Origin: a bacterium
Lineage (GTDB): Bacteria > SAR324 > NAC60-12
Reading direction: 5' to 3'
NCBI GenBank assembly: GCA_965233585.1
Contig: CBDDTI010000112.1
Coordinates: 1 to 28,861 of the forward strand
DNA: 28,861 nucleotides
The first letter of the stretch is position 1, and each line of letters begins with the position of its first letter. A program made the position numbers and the translations under genes. Below, one piece after another: positions 8,768-18,083 of this stretch. The notes beneath the pieces were generated by a model, which saw only the letters and a list, made by a program, of their open reading frames with translations, had not been told where the DNA came from and made no database searches.

Positions 8768-9186
8768 ACTTCTACTACTTCTTCACGAATTGGATAATGT
8801 TCTAAACAGAAATCTTTACACAACAATTTCATGCAAAATGACGCATAAAAATGAAACACTTTCATTTCATTTGAAATTTCACGATGCCACCACAATTTGG
8901 TATCGGAGTCGCGTGAATTATTGAGTTTGCCAAGAAGTTTGTCTTTGATGCAAGCCCTGTACTGCACCAATTCACTGTCCAAAGATTCCAATGCTTCGTT
9001 GATTTTACGAAGATGCGCGCACATGCGACGCAAAGAATGATGCACAACGCGGTTCGGGTCGGAAGTATCATAAATACCGGTAACATCAGGACCGGTATAT
9101 TCCTCTCCCCAGTCGGAATTGTGCGACGATGATGATTTTGACTGCTTGTTGTCTTGACCACTCATGATGCACAACTGAAACGACAT
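8764..9186 (-). CDS. Hypothetical protein, 140 aa
   Basis: ATG start, helical composition, identical in both copies; its TGA overlaps the next ATG. Confidence 0.55.
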   Translation of the reverse strand: MSFQLCIMSGQDNKQSKSSSSHNSDWGEEYTGPDVTGIYDTSDPNRVVHHSLRRMCAHLRKINEALESLDSELVQYRACIKDKLLGKLNNSRDSDTKLWWHREISNEMKVFHFYASFCMKLLCKDFCLEHYPIREEVVEV

Positions 9187-9322
9187 ATTACACAGACATT
9201 TCTAATAAATATTAAAAGCGCGCTCGAAATTTCCGACGTGATTTGTCACAATTTTCAAATTCTTGCACGTGGCTTGATAAATTAAAATCGAGCCGTCGTA
9301 CAGGAATTTAAAAAGCATGACC

Positions 9323-9955
9323 AATGTTCTTGACAATGAAGTCTTGCGCTTGGATGTGCTTCCGACGATGTAGATTGCTTCCAATCTTAAGGCGTTTGTA
9401 GGGCTCAAATTATTTTTTAAAAATTTGAGCTGTACAATTACCAAAAGAACGAGAAGCTTATGTTCACAATTAATGATGAAAACAATCACAAACGCATTCA
9501 CTAATAAAATATTATAGCACAATTTATTAATAATAAACACGTATTCGACGGAGTATTCGAAGTAACTTCTCATGGTTTATAAACCGTAGAGTATTTGCTT
9601 AATAAAATAAAATTTAAGCAAATAATCAACGGCGAAAAAACCTGAGAGAATAATCTTCTTAATGACGATGTGGCGGATTATTTACAATCTTAAGGCGTTT
9701 GTAAAACGCAAATAATTTATGGAAAAAATTTGAGCTTCACATACTGCCAAAAGAGTGTAAAGAACGGTATTCTTGATGGATGATGAAGAAACCACTCACA
9801 AATTAAATCGACATGTCACATTTTATAAAATTTTATTCGGCGGAGTATTTGAAGTGCCTTCTCATGATTTATCGGCCCTTGGGTAGAGCTTAATAAAATA
9901 ATTTAGCAGCTACACAAAGGTCAAAAAAGCGTGAGAGAAAATGTTCTTGACAATT
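9323..9955. repeat. Degenerate tandem duplication with a period of about 300 bp
   Basis: Paired blocks gacgatgt, caatcttaaggcgtttgta, aaatttgagct, cggagtatt.gaagt..cttctcatg and gcttaataaaataa occur at about 9364-9610 and again at about 9664-9901; aatgttcttgacaat occurs at 9323 and 9940. Confidence 0.8.
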
Positions 9956-10832
9956 AGGATGAAGATATTCCGCTGTTTGTGATTTTCTGGTTTTTTGCAT
10001 ACAAAATAGACTGAGAAATTCCAAACTCATTCTAAAATGTACACAAGGACCAAAAAATCGTGAATAACAATCTTGGCAACAGAAAAATAATAATTATAAA
10101 TTAAAGCAAAATTGTAGATTGTTCGACGTTTTAAAGTGATTATGAAAAATCTAAATAAATTTGTTAAAAATTTAAACCCTTCATATTCACTAAAAAACAT
10201 GAAACGTTGTAATTTTTCTGACTCGAGGATGTGTGTTTAGATGGGAGTTGATGATGGTTGATCATAATTTTATCGTTTGTTGGAGATCCGAATTATTTTT
10301 CCGGGAACTTTCGGACCACCCAGCCAAACAATAAAAGCATGAAACCTAACAGTTTTTTCTTTTATCACTTTTAAAATATTTGGTTGTTGCTTGCTCACAA
10401 AGATGTGGTATTCGTGAAAATCCAAAATAAATTAGAAATTTGGAGATTCTCAGGATTGCCACGAAATTGTAAGGTAAGTGCCGAATTTCTTGATACGTGT
10501 TGAATTTTGGATTGATCGAAATTGACTGTGAAATTAGTTACATCAATGTTGAGGAAAAGCATTTGGACACCCCTTCCCCTAACGTGATTAAAATTTGAGC
10601 CTAAATCTTTGCTTACGGCGCGAATTGAAATTTAAAACGCGTTGGCGCGCGAGTTGATTTAATTTTAAAGACATGAAGTTTGGACATGAAAGAATATTTA
10701 AGGAACAGTCAAACCGCGCGGAAATTGACGTTTTTCGTTCTCAGAACCTTTCTTCGCGCCCCCGAACTGATTCAAGACGTGGAAAGTGGAAAAAATTGAG
10801 GTTGCAAACGGCTTGCAATCGGCTTGCAACAG

Positions 10833-11068
10833 GCCGATTGCAGACGAAAACAAGCCGATTACAGGCTCGATTGAGCCTGTTGCAAGCCGATTGCAGACGA
10901 AAACAAGCCGATTACAGGCTCGATTGAGCCTGTTGCAAGCCGATTGCAGACGAAAACAAGCCGATTGCAGGCTCGATTGAGGTTGTTGCAAGCCGATTGC
11001 AGACGAAAACAAGCCGATTGCAGGCTCGATTGAGCCTGTTGCAAGCCGATTGCAGACGAAAACAAGCC
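10833..11068 (+). repeat. 53-bp tandem repeat, about 4.5 units, each with a hairpin
   Basis: Unit gccgattgcagacgaaaacaagccgatt(a/g)caggctcgattgagcctgttgcaa starts at 10833, 10886, 10939, 10992 and 11045; internal inverted repeat caggctc-gatt-gagcctg (disrupted in unit 3). Confidence 0.97.
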
Positions 11069-11340
11069 GGTTGCAGACGATTACAAGCCGGTTTCAGGTT
11101 GAAACAACCTTAATGTAGATGCCATCAAGGTGTTTTGAGAGCGCATCAAGATGGTTTTTATCGGTAAACGGATGGTTGAAAGACGGTTTCAGCCTGTTTT
11201 AAGGTGTTTTGAGAACGTTTTAAGGTGATTTTAGAGCGTAACAAGCTCGAATGAGAGTGATGTAGGGACATTACTCCACAACAGCTGTGGATATCTTTAA
11301 TTTTTTTGTGCTTAATTTGTCATTAATTTTTTCTCATGCA

Positions 11341-11420
11341 ATTGGCTCGTAAATGTGCCAAACTATTTCCCACCAAAAATTGTATAAAAACGCGGTCATA
11401 TTTTCAAATTCATTCATTAT
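11341..11420 (+). promoter_or_regulatory. Putative Pol II core promoter upstream of ORF 11477
   Basis: Reverse CCAAT (ATTGG, 11341), TATAAAAA at 11383 and Inr-like TCATT at 11410/11414, with canonical spacing. Confidence 0.55.
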
Positions 11421-11476
11421 AAGTTTGAACATTCGTTGAAAGAAGATCTTCTGCCATTCGCTGTCAAATAATTAAA

Positions 11477-12308
11477 ATGTCTAATTCACCAAATGACTCA
11501 AACAACCCTCGCCAAGTTTTTCTTGGCCCTGCAGGGTTAAGAATAAGATTTCACCTAAGAAACGCTGATGATTTAACATCACCGCCATCTCCTCCGGTTG
11601 TGCCGATTGGACGAGGTCGAGGAGATTTGAGGTCAAATGATGGCCCAAGTTCTTCTCTCGCCGCTCGTGGTGTTGGTCGGGGCCAGACAACATCTTCCTT
11701 GTTTAATCAACGGGGTCGAGTATCTGAACCGATAGTTGTAAACCCCGAAGGATTTGGAATTATGGTTCGGATCAATAACAATTTAGCCGATGATTTAACA
11801 TCGACCAATAACTCCGCCGATGATTTAACATCGCCATCATCAAACAACGCTGTTGATGATTCAACATCAAACTCCATGTCTCAAAGAATTTTTGCTGAGC
11901 GCAACACCTCGAGTACTTCGGTCGCTGGTCGTGGCGTTGGTCGGGGACAAAATATTTCTCGTCCCTTTTAATCAAACGACTTCAGCCTCGATTGGACGAG
12001 AGGTCAGACGCGGTGTTGGTAGGGCTGGAAGATATTCTTCTCCTTATCAACGTCCAACTCGATCAGCAGAAGAAGAAATAGAAGAGGAAAATTATTTCCC
12101 CGCACCCTCAAATTTAGAAAGATCGAGTGACGGTCGTTTAGCCTCTTTCATTCTTGATTTAATTGATGTAGAAGGAGGCTCACCTTATGATTTGTTCAAT
12201 CGTTATGCTGAGTACGTATTGCGTCAACGCATTCAAACGCTTGAGCGTGAACGCGAACGCTTACGTGCTCAATATCAAAGATTGTTGCGTCATTTTAGAC
12301 AAGAATGA
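11477..12308 (+). CDS. Disordered RG-repeat protein with acidic tract and C-terminal coiled coil; two frames joined by a +1 shift at about 11969 (276 aa if joined)
   Basis: RGVGR and FNQ motifs occur on both sides of CCC TTT TAA; ADDLTS repeats; C-terminal RQRIQTLERERERLRAQYQRL. Confidence 0.6.
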
Positions 12309-12421
12309 TTTGTATTAAGTAATTTGTTTATTTTGTCTGAGCTATATAGTTTTAATGTGTTTATATATATTATTTCCAAAATTCATGCGTCAATAAATTT
12401 TGTTTCAGAATTTTAACAGAA

Positions 12422-13183
12422 ATGCCAAAATCCTACGTCTGCCGCGAATGTCAAAAATCGTTTGCTAGAAAATCTTCCCGAGACAAACATGAATCGTTTC
12501 GTCATCGTGAAACATCGTCAAAATTCCGAAATCGGACTCCATTAAATCAATCGCTTCAGTGTCCGTTTTGTAAGAATGAATTAAGTTCCTTTAAATCAAG
12601 AAAAGATTTGGTCTCTCACATCGATTCCTCTCATTTAGAAGACTTAAATTATTCTCTTTTTAAATCTGCTTTGAACGGTAAAATTAAAATTTTTCGGAAA
12701 CATATATTTTCTACAGAAACGCTTCACGCCTTTGTTGTTAATAGAGCAAATAGACAAGAAATTGTTGATGTTATTCGTCATGAATTGAGTAAAACCTTTA
12801 CAGTAAAAGTTGCTTTAATTTTATCAGCGGCGTATCAGATTCCTGATTTGAATTCAGCTACAAAAGACAAAGACACTGAGACGGAAGCCGCTGTTGATAA
12901 TACTTCAACACAGCCTCAAACGGTTGTTAGCAACATTGATAATTCAACTGAAAAAAGTCTTGATCAGTCGTCACATGAATTAATGCCTAGCGATCGAGAT
13001 GTCTTTGCTTTAAGAACCGGCTATATTCAATTCACGTCTTTTGATTCTTCTCGCTCGTTAAAAGGTAAAGTTCAAAAATTATTAAACAATTTAATAAGTC
13101 GAGAAGAGGATTTGTTGATGAGAGGTTCCGGATGGAGATTCGAATCTCTGTCTTTTAGCGACATCCAAATTACCAATATTTGA
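12422..13183 (+). CDS. N-terminal part of the pPolB locus: two C2H2 zinc fingers plus a terminal-protein-like region ending just after GSGW
   Basis: CREC...H...H and CPFC...H...H; LMRGSGWRFESL resembles the GSGW motif in the N-terminal region of Maverick PolB. Confidence 0.7.
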   Translation: MPKSYVCRECQKSFARKSSRDKHESFRHRETSSKFRNRTPLNQSLQCPFCKNELSSFKSRKDLVSHIDSSHLEDLNYSLFKSALNGKIKIFRKHIFSTETLHAFVVNRANRQEIVDVIRHELSKTFTVKVALILSAAYQIPDLNSATKDKDTETEAAVDNTSTQPQTVVSNIDNSTEKSLDQSSHELMPSDRDVFALRTGYIQFTSFDSSRSLKGKVQKLLNNLISREEDLLMRGSGWRFESLSFSDIQITNI

Positions 13184-13232
13184 TTTAAAGGACTTATTTT
13201 GTTGTATATAAAAATTCAAGTAAGCTTTGGAA

Positions 13233-16200
13233 ATGGATTTTATAGAAATTCCGCGAAATTTAAAAAGATCTAACTGCTTGGAATGGAATACTCGATATGA
13301 TAAATTCAACTTTCTTTATCTGTACATTAGACATCTTTTTCCAGAAACTGCTTCCATCACAGATTTTCGTCAAATGCCAGTAAAATATCTTAAAAAATTT
13401 AACATAAAAGGTTTTACGTTTCCTCTTCAATTTTGTGACATAAAAAAATTTTTGTGTAGAAATCGTCATTTACCAATTTCAATTTCCGTACTTTATGAGA
13501 GTGAAGGCCACGTTTCAAAGTTAGGGTTTATTACTAACAAAAACAACGATAGGAGAGAAAATACTCTTCATTTGTTAATGATAAAACACGATCCTAAAAT
13601 CTCTTCCGATAAAATTTCTAGTAATTCCCGTCCCAAAAAATCGAGTTTTCCTTCCAAGTTTCCTAAAAAAATTAAAGATTTAAATCAACAGCATCATTTC
13701 TTTAAAATTACAAAACTCCAAGGTTTTTTGAATAATCGGGCCGGACTGTTGTCGATTAACAAAGCGGGTCAACAGAAGTACATTCACTGTGAAAAATGTC
13801 TGCTGCGTTTCCGATCAAAATCCAAGAAAGAAAAGCATGAGCGGATTTGCTACGATAAGCAACGCACCATTTATCCTGGCAAAAATGCTGCTATAAGTTT
13901 TTCTAACCACAAACATAAGTTTAAAGCACCTGTTGTGGGATTTTGTGATTTTGAAAGTGTACTTCAAAGAAACAAGGAACGATCTAAATGTCGACTTTGT
14001 TCTAAATTGGAATGCTTATGTGCTTTTCCCACAAGTGACGATATAAATGTGCATAGACCGGTAGGCTACAGCCTGATTTTTGTGGACTCCGAAAATGAAG
14101 TATTCTTTCAAGAAGAATATTTAGGAGAGGATGCGGCTAAACGTTTTTTGGATCGGATACCTCTCTACGAAAAAGTTGTTGAAGAAAGAAAACAAAAATT
14201 CAGAGATGTTCTCAAAACTCAAGCCACCCAGGAGGAATGGCAAATGTTTCGAAAAGCAACCGTTTGTCATATATGCGGTCTTCGATTTGCTATCCATCCT
14301 AAAAAGTATAGAAAAGTTTTGGATCACGATCATGTCACAGGAAAAATAATGGGTGCGGCTCATTCGCTGTGCAATTTGACAAGATCCGGACCCTATCATA
14401 CGCCAATTTTTTTCCACAACGCTCAAGGGTAAAAATTTTTTATTTACTTTATTTTTCCAATCAATTTTACAAATTAAACGTTTCAGATACGATTTGCATC
14501 TGATCATAGAAGAGTTAAACATTCGCCAATTCAAGAGAATGCCGGAAGTCTTGGCTAGAAACAGTGAAAAATTCCGCACTCTTACATTAGGCAGATTCAA
14601 AATTCAGGATTCATTAGAGCACATATCTGCCAGCTTAGACGCTCTTGTCCAAGATTTAAATCAAACTTCAAACTTTTCTTTCCCTATTTTACAACAGATG
14701 GAAAGATTCAAAAAAATTCCTATCCGTCAAAAATCAAAAGCTTTTAAACTTTTAAAAAGAAAAGGCATTTTTTGTTACGAGCATTTTCAATCATTACAAG
14801 AAATGAAAAAGAGTCGAAACCTCCCAACCAAAGATGCTTTTTATTCCGAATTAAATGAAGAACACATCTCGGAAACGGATTATTCTCATGCGCAAGAAGT
14901 CTTCAAACTGTTCAAGTGCAAGAATGTGGCGGATTACATGATGCTTTATTGTTCTTTGGATGTTATCCTGCTATGTGAAGCGTTTCTTCAATACAGAAAA
15001 ATGGTTATGGAACATTTTCAATTGGATCCAATCTATTACTTAGGTAAATTTCTTTTCTGTTGCTTGACATATAAAGTTTGAATATGAAATTTATTTCGTT
15101 TAATTTAGGAATTCCTGGACTAAGTTTTGATGTTATGCTTATGTTCTATCAAAATTCTGAACGAGCTACAACAACAAAAGATAACCTCGCGGGTGAATCT
15201 TCCAAACCTCCAGGATCTCTGGATATCTATTCTGATCCTGAAATGGAGCACTTTTTCACAAAGGGTATCAGAGGCGGACAAAGCTTTATCTCTCAGCGTT
15301 ATGCAAAAGGAAACAGCAATCCGAGAAAAAGCGGCGATCATTTACTTTACATTGACGGTAATTTTATACTGCATCGTTTGATTAATTTATTTATTTTAAA
15401 TCGGTGACTTTTTAGCAAACAACTTGTACGGGAGCATGGAAACTTTAAAATTGCCAGTTTCTGATTTCGAGTGGGTTGCAAAAAAAGATCTTGAAAAATG
15501 GACTGCCAAAGATATTATCAAGATTCCTTCTCAAGACGAGACCGGGTACGCATTCGAAGTTGATTTGCATTATCCTCCTCATCTTCACCCGGTAAATCTG
15601 ATCTTTTTAACACGTTTTTGCATTTTGATAAACGGTAAAATATTTACAGACACATGATCAATTTCCGCTGGCTCCGTATACAGACACGGTTTCTTACAAA
15701 CATCTGTCTCCTTATAATCGCCGTTTACTAAAACATCTTAACCCTCGAGATTATAAGAACAAAAGATACCGAAGCAAGAAACTGTTGAGCACTTTTTATG
15801 ATCGAAAAAAGTACGTGGTGCATCTGGAAAATCTACAATATTACTTGAAAAAAGGCATGAAGCTGTTGAGGATAAGAAGAGCCGTGAAGTTTCGGCAAAA
15901 AGCTTTTTTGAAGGAGTTTATTGAAAAGGTCACGATGCTACGATCAAACGCCCGCAACGATTTTGAACTTCGACTTTTTAAGCTTTTTGCCAACTCTACT
16001 TTTGGAAAGTTTATCGGTAAGTAAATACCCGGATTTAAAATCTTTTTTAAATTTTTATATTTGCACAAGCGTGTGGTGGTACTGCCAATATTTCGTACAA
16101 AATGTGTTGGCAGTACACACCACACGCTCATTCGCATCTTCAATGTCATCGGGAGGCGCGTGGATCTCGGCCTCCACGGTGATGACCTCCCCGTCAAAAT

Positions 16201-18026
16201 CCGCCATCCGGTTTTCCGCCGCCCGGATTTTAGCCAGGCGGACAATCTCCGTCGCCCGACGTCTGGCGGCAAAAGATCTGTCGTCAGCGGGGAGTCTAAT
16301 GGGGATGGGGGCCTCGATGGGGTTGTCGGTGGGGATCTCGATGGGAAATTCGACAAACGCCTCGGTGGGGAACTCGGTGGGGGTCTCGGTGGGCACCTCG
16401 ATGGGGACGGGGACCTCAATGAGCACATCGATGGGGACATTGGAGGGAATTTCAGCGGTGGGGACTTCAATGGGGGGGGCCTCGATGACTCGGTGGGGGC
16501 CTCGATGAGCATCTCGATGGGGGCGGTGGGGGCCTCGATCTCGATGGGGGACTCGGTGGGGACCTCGGTGGGCACCTCGATGAGGGACTCAGTGGGGGCC
16601 TCGATGAGCACCTCGATGGGGGACTCGGTGGGGACCTCGGTAGGCACCTCGATGGGGGACTCGGTGGAAACCTCGGTGGGCACCTCGGTGGGGACGTTGG
16701 TGTTGGTGGGGAGGTCAATAAGAATGCCGGTGGGGACGTCAGGCGCAATAAAATTTTCGTTTTGAAGGCCTCGGACAGCGCGACCGCTGCCGCCTCCGCC
16801 GCCGCCAGCGCCGTTGGCGGCGAGCACAGCAACGCTAACAGAGAGTGCAACGGCAGCGGCGCTGGCGGTGGCGGAGGCGGCAGCGGGCGGCGGAGCATCA
16901 AAAATCCCAGCCACGGCCGACCGGATCCGTCCGATTACGCCCCCCGGTCTCCGGTTCTTTTTCTCCTCCTTCTCCTCCTTCAGCAGCCACTGCTCGTCGT
17001 CGTCCTCCTCATCCTTCAACCTCATATATCCCCTCTTCATCATCATCATCATCATCATCATCACTGTCCTCTTTCTTCTTTTTTTGTTTTGAAAGTTTGT
17101 TTTGAAAATTGCCACATGGTTTTAGGAAGTTTTTAAAAAATAAATCTCCAAACTCCTACACACTTTATAATGAATTTTTATAAAAAATGTTGTATTCTTT
17201 ATAAAATATTTATTTAATTTTATATTTTTCAGAAAATGTTCGAAATTACATCGAAGTGGTCCTTTGTGGAGATGAAAAAAGCTTGAGGAAAGCCAGTCTT
17301 GGTCAACACATCAACAATTTTCAAATCATTAATGAGAATTTGGTGGCTGTCAACAAGAAGCCGGCAATGATAGAGCTTAGAAAGCCTTTAGCCGTCGGAT
17401 TTTCCATTCTGGAGTTGTCTAAGTTGTTCATGTACAGATCATACTATGACACCATTCAAAAACATTTCGGCAAAGACAATGTGTCTTTGTGTTTTTCGGA
17501 CACAGATTCTTTTCTTTTAAAAGTTACATGCAACAATTTGGAAAGGGAAATGAAGAGATTGAAACACATGTTTGATTTTTCAAAGTACCCTAAACAACAT
17601 CCGCTTTTTGACGACAGTAAAGCCAATCAACTTTTTTATTTCAAAGATGAATTAAAAGGTAGAGCGGCTATTACTGATTTTATAGGCTTACGTCCAAAAT
17701 GTTATTCAATGAAAATAGTCGATTTTTTGGACAAAAACAAAACTGATGAGAAAAAAGTATGCAAAGGTTTAAAAAAATCTAGTATAAAAAAGCAATTAAC
17801 TTATGCAGATTACAAAAAGTGCTTAAAGCAAACTGTTGTAATTTACAAATCTTTTAAAAATTTAAGATCAAAAAATCACAAAATCCGAACGTGTTTTCAA
17901 AGAAAAATTGCGTTGTCGGCAATGGATTCTAAAAGATATGTTTTAAATTGTGGATGTCACACTTTATCGCTAGGAAATTGCCTTATTGTTAACAACAAAA
18001 TGTCTAAATGTCAAATTTGTAAATAA
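13233..18026 (+). CDS. polB: Protein-primed family B DNA polymerase, spliced: join(13233..14428,14487..15043,15109..15357,15416..15591,15650..16016,17233..18026), 1112 aa; 5' end uncertain
   Basis: Splicing rebuilds ExoII HNAQG/YD, LDPIYYL/GIPGLSFD, motif A YID/ANNLYG, LHP/THDQFPLAP and motif B KLFANSTFGKFI/ENVR. Also present: ExoI DFES, ExoIII YCSLD, motif C SDTDS, and EndoVII-like CHIC...DHDHVTG...AHSLCN. The exon total of 3339 nt is in frame. Confidence 0.92.
14429..14486 (+). other. Spliceosomal intron, 58 nt, phase 2
   Basis: GTAAAA...TTTCAG; removal restores HNAQGYD. Confidence 0.9.
15044..15108 (+). other. Spliceosomal intron, 65 nt, phase 1
   Basis: GTAAAT...ATTTAG; removal restores YYLGIPGLSFD. 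Confidence 0.88.
15358..15415 (+). other. Spliceosomal intron, 58 nt, phase 1
   Basis: GTAATT...TTTTAG; removal restores catalytic YIDANNLYG. Confidence 0.92.
15592..15649 (+). other. Spliceosomal intron, 58 nt, phase 0
   Basis: GTAAAT...TTACAG; removal restores HLHPTHDQFPLAP. Confidence 0.88.
16055..17061 (-). CDS. Nested antisense gene for a Pro/Thr/Glu-repeat (mucin-like) protein with an Ala-rich hydrophobic segment; frameshifted near 16488 (possible pseudogene)
   Basis: The PTE/PIE repeats of ORF 15841..17115 continue in the frame of ORF 16055..16426; (ATG)8 at 17061-17038; TATA-like sequence upstream on the minus strand at about 17163-17182. Confidence 0.6.
17038..17061 (+). repeat. 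(CAT)8 microsatellite
   Basis: Read directly; encodes poly-Met on the minus strand. Confidence 0.95.
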
Positions 18027-18083
18027 AAATCATTACTTTTATTTAAAAGAAAATTTTGTAGTTTCTTTTTTAAAATTAAAAAA

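Larger units (their letters stand above)
1..10808 (+). repeat. Direct repeat, copy 1 (matches 18054-28861)
   Basis: Every ORF recurs at +18053 (31->18084, 5619->23672, 8764->26817); the offset still holds at 10741->28794. Confidence 0.99.
16017..17232 (+). other. Spliceosomal intron, 1216 nt, phase 1, containing a GC-rich antisense ORF
   Basis: GTAAGT...TTTTTCAG; removal restores FGKFIENVRNY. Confidence 0.9.

Noticed and set aside
1383..9161. Small overlapping ORFs (1383, 3544, 4218, 4879, 7000, 7005, 7594, 8709, 8862) and their copy-2 equivalents
   Set aside because: They overlap better supported genes and show no motifs.
9202..9573. 123-aa minus-strand ORF as a gene
   Set aside because: No recognisable motif, and the paralogous repeat unit stops after 10 codons; not supported enough to list.
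10673..11065. Four short ORFs over the 53-bp repeat
   Set aside because: By-products of the repeat periodicity on both strands.
10833..11068. CRISPR-like array of palindromic repeats
   Set aside because: The units are contiguous and near identical with no unique spacers, there are no cas genes, and the context is eukaryotic.
12319..12408. Possible 5' UTR intron or trans-splice acceptor (GTAATT...TTTGTTTCAG) before ORF 12422, and a host assignment from splice signals
   Set aside because: Plausible but not testable by reading frame, and TTTCAG with short introns occurs in several lineages, so the host is left unassigned.
14494..16024. Fragmented polB read as a pseudogene or several small genes
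   Set aside because: Canonical GT-AG introns join all fragments in frame and rebuild the catalytic motifs.
15921..17136. Plus-strand ORFs, including the poly-His and Gly-rich ones, and minus ORF 16467..16901
   Set aside because: Stop-poor shadow frames of a GC-rich repeat inside an intron; the minus-strand PTE frame is more protein-like.
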